64,000 nucleotides of DNA, taken from the NCBI GenBank assembly GCA_051294375.1, contig CM119263.1, forward strand, positions 11,819,130 to 11,883,129. Direction: 5' to 3'. Every line of letters starts with the position of its first letter. Position 1 is the first letter of the stretch. Below, in pieces: positions 1 through 12,747 of the stretch. The position numbers and the translations under genes were made by a program. The notes below the pieces were generated by a model. That model saw only the letters and a list, made by a program, of their open reading frames with translations, had not been told where the DNA came from and ran no database searches. The DNA comes from Paraspadella gotoi (lineage: Eukaryota > Animalia > Chaetognatha).

Positions 1-111
1 GTTTACAGCTCCCTTTCTCTCTCTATCTCTCTCTATCTCTTTCTCTCTCTCTCTTTCCTTCCACCCCTCCGTTTTTCTCTTCTCTTAGCAAGCCGTAACC
101 AAAATTTTAGC

Positions 112-1050
112 TTAAATGTACTTATTTTTATGGGTTTTCTCAGCCCCTTTTTTTTTTTTTTTTTTGACGAAGGTCCATAAAAAAGAAGAGAGTTTGACCG
201 AGCGAGAAAGGCGAGCGCGAGATAAGACCGGAACGACGACGTCGACGACGACGACAGCTGCGACGACAGCGTAGACTGCCTAACGACAGTCCAAGGAGAA
301 ACAAGAGCGCAGATGGAAGTCGCGGAAATTAGAAGGTTTCTACCTTCATTTTTTTGAAAATATATGTATATTTATTAAATTGACCAATCTGATTCTAAAT
401 ACTCATTTTCAATCTTAAGCAAACATGTCGTCACTACGATAAATATTGTAGTTAATCAGCTCATTTTCAGTTTAATTTTCATTTTTTATGTAAAGACATT
501 CGTATTTCGTTCCGCCATAGCAGCATAATCCGCTATCCTCGCTCTGTAACACTTTTTCCACTCTTTTTAAACGACTATCATCCCACTCCCGCCATCCCCC
601 GCCACCCCACGACGAATCTTAAAAGGGATTTGGCGGCGACGTTGGCCTCGGTGCGTCGTCGCTTGTCCACCGCCACACGGAGATTCTTGTTGATATTTTG
701 GGGCGACGGGATTTTGGAGGCGGGCGATAGCTTGGAGGCCGACGCCGTCATGAGGGGGTAGGTGTGGGCGATGGAAGCTGTAATTATTTTTCCCTTCCAG
801 AGAATTAATTGTTGTAGGTATACTGTTATAACTGTGAGGCTTTACGGAAGACCAAAATTTATAGTAGAACTCAGGAGAGAGAGAGAAAGAGAGATCGTCT
901 ATTATTCGCGAACGAAAGCTATAACGTTTGGGTAAGGCGACCCATTTTTCTGATGTCGGTAATCAAAGATTTGATTGAAAACAGATTGTAAAAATTAGGT
1001 GATAATCGATGATGATTACGATGGAGATGATAACAGTGATGTAGAACAAC
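112..1050 (-). pseudogene. Possible degenerate rhodopsin-type GPCR fragments
   Basis: Minus-strand segments in GPCR order: LLSSTINFGLP*SLTVITVYL (TM5-like, in-frame TAA at 844-842), KRRRTEANVAAKSLL (ICL3/TM6 start), LLISATSICALVSPWTVV (TM6-like), YLALAFLARSNSLLFLWTF (TM7-like). Confidence 0.3.
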
Positions 1051-2573
1051 TCGGGTCGCGAACATTATTCGGAAGGCAGCCTCTACTCCAGCAGGGGCCT
1101 TATTGGTAAATGCGACGACGGTGACGAAGAGTGATTTAGTGTTCGTCGTAGTCACGGTGCAATATCGACGCCATTTGTTGGAACGGGTTCACTCTCCTTG
1201 GCTTTCCTCTCGTGCCGTTGCCATTCCACTTTCTACTTTTTTTTGGAAGGAATTAAAATTCGCGCTTCTCTTTATATTTATAATATTCATCCTGAGCTTG
1301 TTTATTGTTACACCCACCTCTTCGTCTTTTATACAATGTTCCTTCTATAATTTCCATATTTTTCATACTTCCTTCTCCCTTTTTATGTTTGACGCTTCTC
1401 TTTAGGCTCCATCGTCTCCTTCCTCTTCCTTTTTCCTCCTCTTCCTTCTCTTCCTCTTCCTCCTCTTCATCTTTTCCTTCATTTCCCGACTCGTTTCATC
1501 TGATGGGACTTTTTTTCACGTCTTCTCATTTTGTCACATGCGAAGGTGGGTTGAGGCGAGGGAAAAGGGCCTAGGGGGTAAGTCGGGTGGTAAGTCGGGA
1601 TGCAGAGGCGGTTACGTGGATGGGATCCAGGGATGAAATTGTTTGGAGAAGGGAAGGGAGGGCGAAGGGAGATTTCCAGTTTCTTTCCTCGTCATTTCGT
1701 CTCGACGTTTTGTCAATCTTTGAGTTTCCGCAATTTGTTTTCCAACTTTTTTTTTTCGCAGCCCTAATGTGTGAACGTTTCGAAACCTGCTGTTTTAAGT
1801 TGTTTTCTTTGACATTTTTAAGTAAATCTCGTTCTAATGAGAGATTTATTGTGGTTTTTTAAAGTATCACTGTTTGGAATGAAGGAGCTATAAAGTTTTT
1901 AAAAAATTCTTCATGTAAAAAAATATCTTAATCTCTAATTTTAATTCTAATTCTAATTCTAATTTTAGTTTCCTTCAAGCAAAAGTCATTGATTTGTTTT
2001 ACACTTCCTTCGGGTTAATCATAATTTTTTCCTCCGAAATTGGGTTCTTGGGTTTTACTCGATTTTTGTCATTTTTTTAACACTCGTTCCTTTTTCGTTT
2101 CTCAAAGTCACGAATATAAATTTCCTTATGCCACCGCCATCGCCATAAATTTCACTGTCGGCTTCACCGTCACTCTCCCCACCGTTTTTACCACCGCCAC
2201 CGCCACCGCCACATCTACCAGCCCCGCCTGATTTTGGTTCCACGTTTCAAGTTCGGACGATGGCGCGAGGATTTTTAGCTTTGGTCCGCGATCGCCCAGA
2301 GAAGTTCTTATCGGCCCCCCTCACCAACCCGATTTTTTTTTTCCTGTTTTCATTTTTCCCTCCTCTCAGCCAAGCCACCTCACATTCACCATCTCCACCG
2401 CCCCCCCAATTTCTTCCGCCGACCCCTCGCTCGCGGAACCGAAGGTGATTACCGGTGATTCCGATTCACAATCTTCAATCTTCCTTCCCCTCCGATTTTC
2501 ATGGCGCCCAATATAAGTGACGCCCGTTTTCTCACGAGAGAGAGAGCAGAAGAGAGAGAGAGAAGAGAGAGAG

Positions 2574-2605
<32 letters not shown>

Positions 2606-4856
2606 TATCTTGCCGATAGTCTGGTAGGGAGGGGGCAAGAACCTTTGAGAAGAACATTGAATCGAGACAGCGATATTCCCGGGACGGTCGGGGCGCAGAG
2701 AGAGACGTCGATTTTTAGAGACGAATGTGAAAACTATTTATTTTCCGATGGAGTCGGACGGTAACGTCGGAACGTCACGTTGATAATAGTTTGTCATATT
2801 AGACCACGGTTTACTCATGGAATGTTATTTTACTGTATCCTTGCGACCGTCCATATGATTCAAAGGGAGTTCTTCTGGGGTGAGGAAAATTTGTAACAAA
2901 TCAACTTTCTAAAAAAAAAAAAAATAGGAAGTAATATATATTTTCAAGGTGAAAATTACATCATTTTGATTTAAGATAATACAAAGATAAATATTTATAC
3001 AATTAAGACTTGTTTATTTAATTTCGTGGCATTATTGGCAAAATGACTTGAAATGATGTGAGGATGTCAGACAATGAGACTATGTTAGCCGTTGGAGAAA
3101 AGATCGGTTTTTCCTCAAGAAATCGAGAAAAGTGTCGTAGCCATCGGGTTTTTCTCCTTTATGGGCTGGCAAGGATGGCAAGCATTGCGGGAAAAAGACG
3201 GCGGGGTGGTCGCAGGCGAGCGCGGGGAGCCTCCGATCGATATCTCGCCAGAGGTCGTAATTAATTCCGTCGTTTTATCCGCTGGATCTCAGTACATAAG
3301 TATGAGCAGATGAAAGACAAAGATATGCTTTACGGGTTCCAACGATTAATCAATAATCATTAACTGATTAAGAAATCAATGGTTTTCGATTCTTCTTTTT
3401 TTTCGGTAGATTGACAAGTTTAAAGATTGAGATTACTAATGATACAATTTATAAAAATTTTTTAATCTTCATTTTTCCTCCAGCCCTCTGGCGGCCAATC
3501 ACCCCGTCGGGTTTTTCCAGTTGCTGCAGCTGACTTCCCTGGCCGTGGTTGCTGCTTCCACCCTAATGTTGCTGCTGCAGCAGGCGCTGCGTTTAATCGA
3601 ATCGGCGCCGGAGATGACGCCTCAGCGCCGCGACTTCTTCGTCGGCACCGTCTCTTTCGCGCTAACGCTTCTTTTCTTGCGAATGATGTAAAGGAGATTC
3701 GACAAGAAAAAAAGAAGAGGAAGGAAAATTTAAAGGAAAGAACTGAGCCCATGGGTGGCCGAAACCTAATAAAAATGAAAAGAAAGGGGAAGATGGAGAG
3801 AAAAAATGAAAATAGTTTGAAATAGAAAATTCTGAAAGATGTTTAACTTTTTTAACTCTTATTTTAAATTGAACGAATGTAGTAGAAATTTGTTTTCTTT
3901 GTATCTAAGAAAACTAAAGAGAAAAGTATATAGACTTGAACAAAAACTAACATTCTGAGAGTTAACGCGTTAAATGAATAAGATATTAATTAAAAACATG
4001 TCATATTTTCTTCCATATAATTAGATAACATTAAAAAGTATTAAAATAACGAATTTAAATTTAAAAGCATTATTTTTGGTTGTAAGCATAATAAATACCG
4101 TAAATATTAAAAATCATAAATATTTTATAAATAAAATATATTTCAAAATATAAAATCAAATATAAAATCCGCCTCGCTAGAATTACAAATCCTGGCGTCG
4201 TACCAAAAAAAAATCGACCTTAAACCAAAGAAAAATCTTATGTCTCGCGCCGCCGGAGAAAAAAAAAGCGCCTGAAAAACGTCGTCGCTTCTGTTCGGTA
4301 AAAATCGGCGCCGTTTTCGCCGGAAACGAGCGTAAAAGTGATGATGGATGACGTTTCGCCACAGAACGCGCCGCGTCAAACCTGGTTTAGCGAACTAAAA
4401 GGGGGGGGAGTTCGGGCAGGTACTAGGTAGGGGGCGGAGTTTTTTCTTTTCGCGCCGCTTTGCTGAAAAAAAAAAGACCGAAGGGAGACGCAAGGCGCGA
4501 GATTGCGGAATCAAAGCCTCGCGAAAAGAAGCGGTACGAAGTTAGAGGGCATCGCCATCGGCGATGGAGAACCGAGAAGGCTGGATTTGCATGTCGATTT
4601 GATTGGAAAAATTAATGGTTTGAATATTTGGCAATTTTAAAGGTGAAGTTATACCGAGTGCTGGGTTCAAATTTGCGGAAAAGTAAAATTAAATTGGATC
4701 GATTACTGACTGTTCAATATTAAAACTCATCACGTCGTATGTGACATATCGTCGAATTAATCTTACCCTAAATTCTGATCAAGTTGCTATTCAATTACTT
4801 TTTTAATTACAATATAAAGAGCAGTGGTTGTTGTTGCCAACGTACGCGTACTTTAC

Positions 4857-5037
4857 ATGAAATTGGTACAACCAATATAAAAATTATCCATTCATTTAAT
4901 AAATAAGCTATCTTGCCCCTCACTTTGGACAAGCTTTGGTGGTTTAAGGCCTCCATCACTCTTACAAGATAATGACATAGCAGGTCCCTGCAAGCTTTCA
5001 ATCAAGACTCTCTCACAGTCTCGTTTATTCACTCCCA
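4857..5037 (+). repeat. Dispersed ~200-bp repeat family, copy 1
   Basis: atgaaattggtacaaccaat...aataagctatcttgcccct...cttacaagataat..catagcaggtccctgcaagctttca..caagactctc..actccca. Reverse copy at 53101-53311, partial copies at ~27364-27434, ~28615-28765 and ~36366-36390. Confidence 0.8.
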
Positions 5038-5711
5038 TTATTCACTCCTATTGTGGATAATAAATTCAAATTATTAATCTCAAAACAGTAAAGCTCTTTT
5101 TCCACTTTTTTCTTCTTGATTTTCTCTTCGAGATCGGAAGACCTTTTTTTTTCTAAACAGTTTCAACGGATCCGTTCTGCTTTTCCTCTCGTTCCTCCTT
5201 GCTTTTCCTCCTCCTCCTCTTCCCCCTCCTCCTCGTTTTCAAACCCCAGTTTCCTCGTAAACTTCCCCTTTTTTTTTCGTGAGAGACAAGTGAGTCAAGG
5301 CTTTCGTGATGGCGCTGGATTCTGTTCCATTTCGCCGACCGAGGTGAGTTGGGGGAAAGTCGCCTACAAAGTCGGGTCAATTAAAAGATGGAAAGATGAA
5401 ACGAGGCCGGATGAAGATGAGGTTGGTCCCTGGTCAGGGTCGCAGGGATTGCAGCGGATGGTAGTGGCCGGACATCATGATGGGCAAATTGTTCCATTTT
5501 GATATTGCCAACATTTTAGGCGCTGACTCACTTAATATTAAATTTTAATTGTATTCGTATTCGTTAAGGTACAGTATTTAAACGGTGAGACTTTATTCAT
5601 TTGAAAACTAAACCGACTGCTGATTATTTCGCATAGAAACGAGTAAAAACGCCTTATTTCCAGTTGCAAACTTACAAACGCACTCACTTTTAACTTCAAT
5701 TCACTTCACAG

Positions 5712-5810
5712 GAAACGTAACGTTCCATATCCAGAAGAAACCTGAAGGTTTTACGCCGAAAAAGAAGCCGAAGAAAAAGTCGCCCCAGATCGTTCACCGT
5801 CAGCCTTCAG
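5712..5810 (+). CDS. AFDN: Afadin/canoe exon (end of second RA domain plus basic stretch)
   Basis: ttcacAG acceptor, G|GTGAGA donor, phase 1-1. Translates (G)NVTFHIQKKPEGFTPKKKPKKKSPQIVHRQPS, resembling the afadin/canoe RA2 C-terminus (G-x-x-x-F-H/Q-x-x-R/K-R/K-P...P-K-K). Confidence 0.8.
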
Positions 5811-8049
5811 GTGAGATTGCAGTGATTTAATTTTTTTTGAAATTTAGACCGATTTTATAAATAGAGTAAATTAAACGAAATTCATGAACTCGCGTTTTAT
5901 CGGTCCGTACATCAAATCACAAAAAAGTCATTATGCGCTGTTTTTTTCTCAGTAAATTGAGTCGCAGGTTTGTGAAAGCATTCCGATCAACTCACATCTC
6001 ACTCGGAATTTCTGCACGAATCTCTGACATCGCTTCCTTTTTTCCCGCGTTCGGTCGGAATCCCTTCCAGTCTTTGCCACTCCGCCTTGAAATCTGCCCG
6101 AATCTCTCCCCGCCCACTCCCTTCTTCATTTTCTCTTTCCTTCCTCTCCCGATCTATATCCTACATCACCACCGAGGCTCATTTGACAAGTCTTCGGTCT
6201 TGGCACGAAATATATAGCGGATTCCGACCAAAAAAAAAAAATGAGAAGAAAATGGACGGAAAATAGGAAAGAAAACAAAATAAGAAAAAGTGATGAAAAG
6301 AAAAAAAAAACAATAGGAAATAAACTATGTCCCCCTCGGGCGACATCGTTAGCGGGTCGAAGTTGAAGTGAAAAGAGAAAAGAACAGAAGCGGACAGAAG
6401 TGAACATGAGCGGACAGAACCGAGAAGAAGCGAACAGAAGCCAGGGGGTAATGTTTCGACAATATCCCGACGACGAAAATCGTAAAAACGGTTCACAAAA
6501 TTCGTGACTCCCGGAATTTATTCTTACAAAATCTCGACGATTTCCCTCCGACTTGAATCCGTCCCTTTGCTGTCGACTTTTCTTACGATCTCTCGTTAAA
6601 TTTCCCAAGACTCCTGCATCAATTTTCACCTTTCAGTCTCTTTGATTATGATTCCTCATTCAAAATAACTAAATGAAAATCATTTCAGTCATTCTCCCAA
6701 GCTATATAATTTTGCTAGGCCTTCATCTATCGACATTTGTTCCCTTTTTTTCCCCTAAAAGAACACTGCCAGAGTCCCGATCCTTCGTTCCCTACCAGTC
6801 GCGATCCCGGCCGTCACCGCTCTTGATTCTCCTTTCCTTACCTTAAATATGCGGCCTCGTTCCCTCTCCCATCGCACCCCGTCCCACCCGGCTCCCCCGA
6901 CCCTCCGACAAAAACCTTCTCTGGGCGCGAATAAAATCCCAGACTAATTTGAATTCAAATTATTATGATGGGAAAGAAGAACGAAGGAGATTAGCGACGT
7001 GAAGACTGAACCGTGTCGGGTTGGGAGGAGTGACGGAGCGCAGTGGTCGACCTGAGAACAGATAAAGATCTGAGTTAGGATAAGAAGGTAGGAAGAAAAC
7101 GATGGGAAAGAGCGAGGGAAAAGAAAGGATGAAAACGAGGTTTTCCCTTCTTTCTCTTTTTCTTTCCTTCTCTCTTTTTCTTCCTCGGTTTCTTTTATAT
7201 TCTTTTCGGTTTTTCTTTCGGTCTTTCATTACCGACTTCAATTCTCTGGTGGTTCCCTGTTCTTGTCAAGCAATAACCCTTTGTCAAGTAAATGGTCAAA
7301 AAAACCACCAGTTTCGTTCCGAGCTGCATGTGAGTGAAGGTGTGTTTTCCTTCCTTAATTTTCGTCGTTTTTCGTAATGTTTTCTATTAAGGCTTTTGTC
7401 ATTCTAATTTTTAATTGACGTTACTAACTCTATCAGTACTTTGTCTTTTCGTGACGGTGATGTCCTATTATCGTTGTTGAGATAGGCTTCTCGGTTTATG
7501 GCGCGGGAATCGCTAAGAGAGGGGATCGTTGAGCGAGCGAAAATAAAAGATTCGCTGCCCATTTGTTTTTTATTACACGACGCGCATTGTCTGACGCGAA
7601 GAGAGACGATGACTCAAATGGCATTAATTAGAATAGATGTAACGTTTTCACGCGTTTATTTCGTTTGGATGACCGCAAAGCTTTTGTTTTCCGCGCGTCT
7701 ATTCACACTCAAAATGGTGTGAATAATTCGCTCAAAAACTTAAGGACCTTGTTTGTTTATCATTCTAAAAAACGACAAAAGCGCGATTCTGTTTTCACTA
7801 CAGCTTCCAGATTATTAGCGGTCGATATAATTTATCAGATATGTTATCTTCCGTGTGTTTAAAAATAAAATTATAGGAAACTAAAACAATTTAATAAAAA
7901 AAAAAGAATAAAAACGTCTCATGTACCAGTTCATTTCTATAAAAAAGGACGAACTCTAAAACTAAAAATGGAACATTTAAATACACTAACTTTTAATTCC
8001 TCCTTATTTCTTATTCTCTTTCTCTCCTCTCCTCATTTTCGCTACCCAG

Positions 8050-8184
8050 GCAACGGCGGTCCCGCCCCGGTGACCAGCCCAAGTCATTCCAACGCTCGAC
8101 CTGGAGGTCACTCCCTGGGTCACCCCGGGATTCCGCGGGGTCAAAATCAGGAACACAAACAAGGGACTCTGGGTAGTCCAGCAG
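8050..8184 (+). CDS. AFDN: Afadin exon (Gly/Pro-rich RA2-FHA linker)
   Basis: Long pyrimidine tract plus cccAG, G|GTTAGT donor, phase 1-1, open frame (G)NGGPAPVTSPSHSNARPGGHSLGHPGIPRGQNQEHKQGTLGSPA. Phase-compatible with both flanking exons. Confidence 0.7.
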
Positions 8185-9061
8185 GTTAGTCGCCGACCGA
8201 CGAGAAAAAAATTTTTTTTTGCTTGTTCCCTCTCTCGATTCCTTCCAATATCTCCGAACGAGAGACATTCTTTCCACCCATTCCCTGCCCCTTTTTCACC
8301 TCGACCGGACCATGTTGACCCCTCTATACTATTTGCCCTAAACTCCACACAAAGGCGCCTCCTCTTAATCGCCCCAATTCACCCTCCATCGAAGGCATTC
8401 AGATTTGTGAGAGCAATTTGGTCTCTCCCTTTTTTCATGCCCTTTTTTTTCTTGGGGCGTTTTTTTTATTCTCCCTTTCAAAAACAGTGGGAAAGCTTTT
8501 CTTTTTTATTACCCCGAGTGAAGCCTAGAGATTTTAGTATTCAAGCTGTTGCACCTGCAACTTCTTCCAGCGATGAACGCTGAGGGGTTGCTCGTCATGA
8601 ACTTTTCTTTTCTGGCAAGAAATAAGAAAAAAAAGTTGTGTACATTTCGTGTATAACATAACTTCTCGTCAATTTGATAATTTAAAACTTTGAAGAAAAT
8701 TTTTATTTTCGTCCTTGAGAATTTCAGCGAGCATATAAGTCATAAGCACTAGTTTATAACTTTGAATTTGTTGGACTCCACAAACGTTTTTTGGTGTTTT
8801 TTTTTATTGTAAAATATATGTGGAAAAAAACTGAGTCGGAACTGGTCGACAGTGAGCGTAGTGAAGAAACGTTGTCCGCTATATGTCCTCTAAACTCCTC
8901 TGGTCGTGGACGGGCGTTGTTGAGGATCCACGTGGATCCTCAACCGCGAGGATTTCCATTCTCGAAGAGGAATAAAGCATAAATAAAAAACGAAAAAGAA
9001 ATGGTCTTCTGTTATTTCCTTCGTTCATAATTGAGGCCGATTGAAAACGGCGAGAATGAAT

Positions 9062-9108
<47 letters not shown>

Positions 9109-9266
9109 TCAAAATAATTGGGATTTATATTTACTTATTATTCATATTTATGGCGTTAATGATAGCCTCGCTAGAAACTTTTGAAGGGTGGCCAGAACTG
9201 ACTTATTCTTGTGCCGTTGCCATCTTACGCTAAATCTTTTATTCTTCCTCCCCCCGCCATTGACAG

Positions 9267-9422
9267 TGGCCGCCCGTATATCGGAGAATCACTACGGTCC
9301 ACGCCCTCCGCCAGGATCGCCGCTCGAGGCCGGGCCTCATGCGTCGGACAGTTCGCCCGCCCGATCAAATCTTCCGCATGGACAGCAGCAAATGCTGCCT
9401 TATCTGGAAGAAATCCGAGCTG
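9267..9422 (+). CDS. AFDN: Afadin exon ending in the LPYL-x-E motif that precedes the FHA domain
   Basis: tgacAG acceptor, G|GTGAGT donor, phase 1-1. (V)AARISENHYGPRPPPG...GQQQMLPYLEEIRA matches afadin LPYLVEL, just upstream of the FHA domain. Confidence 0.85.
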
Positions 9423-11455
9423 GTGAGTTCTTTTCCAGAATCGATCGATAGGGTGATGCAAAAATGCCGGCCGGTTTTTCGTCATATTGAGGAAAATGAA
9501 AAAATAACTCGAAAAGTAATAAAGAGCGAATCGTGGCGGTATATTCAGTTTTATTCACACCGCCTCACGCCCATTGTCGTTCAGCCAATCCCAACGGATC
9601 AGAGAGGAAACGCACCTTCCCTCTGCGTTGGCAAAGCGACACCGTCTTAGGGTAACCGCGCCTTACTGGGGGTCGGAAGCCCCCAAAGCCAAAGCCCTTC
9701 CTAATGGGCATCACAGGCATCCCGGCTCTTGCCGTAGCATTGTCTCTCTGTCCTTTTTCAATGACAATGTCCCAAAAAACAAACTATTTTCTCTGAGGGC
9801 AATTTTTGTTCGTTTATTCGTAATTTCGAGAGAAGGAGAAGAAATGAAAAGGAAATTTATGTGAGTAATAAAGAAACGTCGAAGAGAAAAACCGCGAAGG
9901 AATGAAGCGACTTTGAGTTTGAGCGAATTCGATCCTCTTTCCGGTTGAGGGGAAGTTTGGAGGTGGACGAGGAAAGATTAGGCTCTTAGGTTGAAGGGTG
10001 TTAATGGCTGTGATAAAGAGAGAGAAATTAAAGTAGGAAGTTTTAAAACAGGCTCTCATGATAATATTTGTAACTTGGACAACATGTTAATATGAAGTTT
10101 TTACTTTCTTAGAAGAAAGTCTGAGTAAATGAGAAAGAAACAAGATGGAATGTGAAAAGTGACGGCTATGAGAGACCGTAGTTGTCTTTGTGTATAATAT
10201 TTATATTTTTTAGGCGCATAGGATCGTTTAAATTTACTTTCTCTTTTTGGGATTATTTTTCGCTTTTGAAAGTATTACTGATCCTGGGAACTTTATCCAG
10301 AAAGTTTGAGAAAGTTTATTGAGAGTAAGAGGTTTCTAAATCGTGCAAGATGATATTTCTTCCGTCTGTTTAATTTGATTGAAGCGGTTCTCTTAAAGAA
10401 GAACTAGGAAAAAAGTTTTGGTTTGGCGGTTAATGGAGATAAACAAACATGGGTATCGGGTAAGGGAGGGAGGGTTAGAGGCCGCTAAGAAAATACGTGA
10501 CCGGATTATGAGAGTCACGCGCAGAATCGTAAAGCTCTCGCTTGAAACAAAAACAATGCGGCAGGGAAACTGCATATTCTGGAATGACAATAACAAGTTC
10601 GGAACAAAAGATTGCCGCATGCGAAATAGGCGCGCTGTGGCAGATGGCGAAGAGAGACTCAGTGAGACTCAGTGAGACTTAGTGAGAGTCAGAAGGAAAC
10701 AGAAAGACAGAGAAAGAGGCGGAGACAGCGCACAAGGATTCACATTTAAGCAAAAATATTCCTGTTAGCGTTTAAAACATTTTTTTATATTATTATATTA
10801 TTATTATTATTATTATATTATTAGTGGCAAAATCGCTTTTGTCTTCTTCATTTTTTCGGTTTTTTTCAAAAAAAATTCTTTTAAATTTTTTCCAATTTGT
10901 ATCTCATTTTTGAGTCGCTTGTTTCACCTGAATGAGTGAATCTAATATTTTTCACAAAATTTGTATATTTGTTGATCCAGTTGCTTAGGAGTCATGAGCA
11001 GATAAAGTAATTGTCTTGTAATTTACGAGTGAATACTCGTTGTCGTGCCGTGGGTTTACCTTAATACTCTTAAAATATAGATTAATTCCTAAACTAGTCA
11101 GAATAAGTAATCCAAAAGTTCATAACGCAACGCACTGTTTCGGAAAGTCTGAATTTTTGTTTTGATTTCAACAAAAAAAGCCATTCTAGAATTTTTCCAA
11201 AATTGCAAATCAGTAAAAATTCTTTAAAAAAAAAACCCAACATTTCAAAACCTATAGATTATCTACTAGCAGATAGCATGATATATTGAACCTCTTCAGA
11301 ATTGCAAGGCCTTCCCCTTCTTCAGAGTTGACCTGCGCAATCTTCCCTCGATCCCGACCACCTTCCCATTTTCCCAATTACCCTGAGTCTTTGTCATCAG
11401 ACGAAATAAAATCATTCTTTTCCGCTGATCTTCGGCTTCGGCTGCGCCCGCCCTC

Positions 11456-11583
11456 CTAGACGTACGCGTCGATGTCGATGCTTGTCATCAAATCGATGAA
11501 ATCTTCGACGTCCACGAATCCGTCCTGGTTATGGTCCGCCATGTCCAGCATCGCCTCCGCTTCGGATCGGGTCAGCTTGGTTC
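11456..11583 (-). CDS. Calmodulin-like EF-hand protein, exon 5 (EF4, stop)
   Basis: gccAG acceptor, phase 1. GTKLTRSEAEAMLDMADHNQDGFVDVEDFIDLMTSIDIDAYV-TAG. The five exons total 465 nt, giving 154 aa with no internal stop. Confidence 0.9.
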
Positions 11584-11687
11584 CTGGCGGTCGTGATTTA
11601 GATTAATGGGAGAATTTTTGGGCTCTCTTTTTCGAGAGTGCCCAAATAATGTTCGTTTATCGCATAATTGTTTTTTTTTATTTTAAA

Positions 11688-11905
11688 ATTTAACCTAAAT
11701 ATATGTTTAAAATTATGAATTAATTCCTAACCTTAATTCCTAACCCTTATCCTTTACTTTATCATAATCTTAAACCCTAACCCTAAACCTTTATCCCAAA
11801 TTTTAAACCCTAACCTTTAACCATAAATGCTAGTCTCTAACCCAAATTCCTAACACTAATCACTAACTTCTAACTTAATCTTTAATTAAAAATATTAACT
11901 TAATT
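11688..11905. repeat. Degenerate (CCCTAA)-like hexamer tract
   Basis: cctaac/ccctaa/cttaat variants. Similar tracts at ~26513-26625 (TTAGGG orientation), ~48600-48725 and ~63445-63655. Confidence 0.7.
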
Positions 11906-12249
11906 CCAAAGTTAACATGGAATGGGACGTTTTGGGATAATAGGGCCACAAAGACCTTAGTTACGTGTGGAAAGGTAAGACAAAAAGGGATTAGAGAGAG
12001 AGAGAGTCAGAGAGAGAGAGAGCTCGAGAGAAAATATGGAACATAATTCATTCAATGGGAGCACGTTCCAAGTTAATCTAATCGTAATTTGAAAAAAAAG
12101 ATTAGGAAGCATAAAGGAAGCATTTTTTGGAATGAAGTATAAAAATTCTGAGTTCGCACTTATTTTATCTTTTTTTAATTTTTTTTAAATAAAAACTGTC
12201 TCGTTTAGAATTGCCGATAAACCCGTCGTCCTGAGCTAGAAAAAAAAAC

Positions 12250-12325
12250 CTAGGAATTTCATGGTTCTGCCCAAATCTTCTGGAGACAAAATTCCGTCGC
12301 CATCTTCGTCCATTTTTTGAAAAAC
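12250..12325 (-). CDS. Calmodulin-like EF-hand protein, exon 4 (EF3)
   Basis: ttttttAG acceptor, G|GTTTTT donor, phase 0-1. VFQKMDEDGDGILSPEDLGRTMKFL. Confidence 0.88.
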
Positions 12326-12527
12326 CTAAAAAAAACCGAGAAGTTGTTGGGATTTTATCTCATCTTTCACTGTTTATTGTTTAATATTTATACTCGTGGT
12401 ATTTTTTTCCTGAGTTTGACTAATATTTCATATTGTGTCGGAATTATATTTGCCCCTTGTCCCGGTGCTTTTACAATGTATGCATGGGGAAATGACCCGT
12501 TTTTTGCTCTTCGAGAAAAAAACTAAC

Positions 12528-12647
12528 CTTGATCGCGAGTCTGACAAGCGTTTCCCTTTCATTCGCCATCCGCTTCGCCATCAAAGTGCAGAACTCGGCG
12601 AAGCTGATCATCCCATCCCGGTCGATATCAGCTGCTTCGATCATTGC
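12528..12647 (-). CDS. Calmodulin-like EF-hand protein, exon 3 (EF2 and central linker)
   Basis: gacAG acceptor, AAG|GTTAGT donor, 120 nt, phase 0-0. AMIEAADIDRDGMISFAEFCTLMAKRMANERETLVRLAIK. Confidence 0.92.
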
Positions 12648-12664
12648 CTGTCGATAAGATTGGG

Positions 12665-12665
<1 letters not shown>

Positions 12666-12746
<81 letters not shown>
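12666..12746. repeat. (CAT)27 trinucleotide microsatellite
   Basis: Perfect run just upstream (- strand) of the exon 3 acceptor of the calmodulin-like gene. Confidence 0.95.

Positions 12747-12747
<1 letters not shown>

Noticed and set aside
225-335. + strand acidic frame DDVDDDDSCDD... as the afadin LDDDECPL exon
   Set aside because: No CPL motif, poor acceptor, and phase incompatible with the 5712 exon.
842-844. Alternative genetic code (TAA read-through) to rescue the GPCR-like frame
   Set aside because: The well-supported exons contain no in-frame TAA/TAG and the EF-hand gene stops at TAG. A pseudogene or sequence error is simpler.
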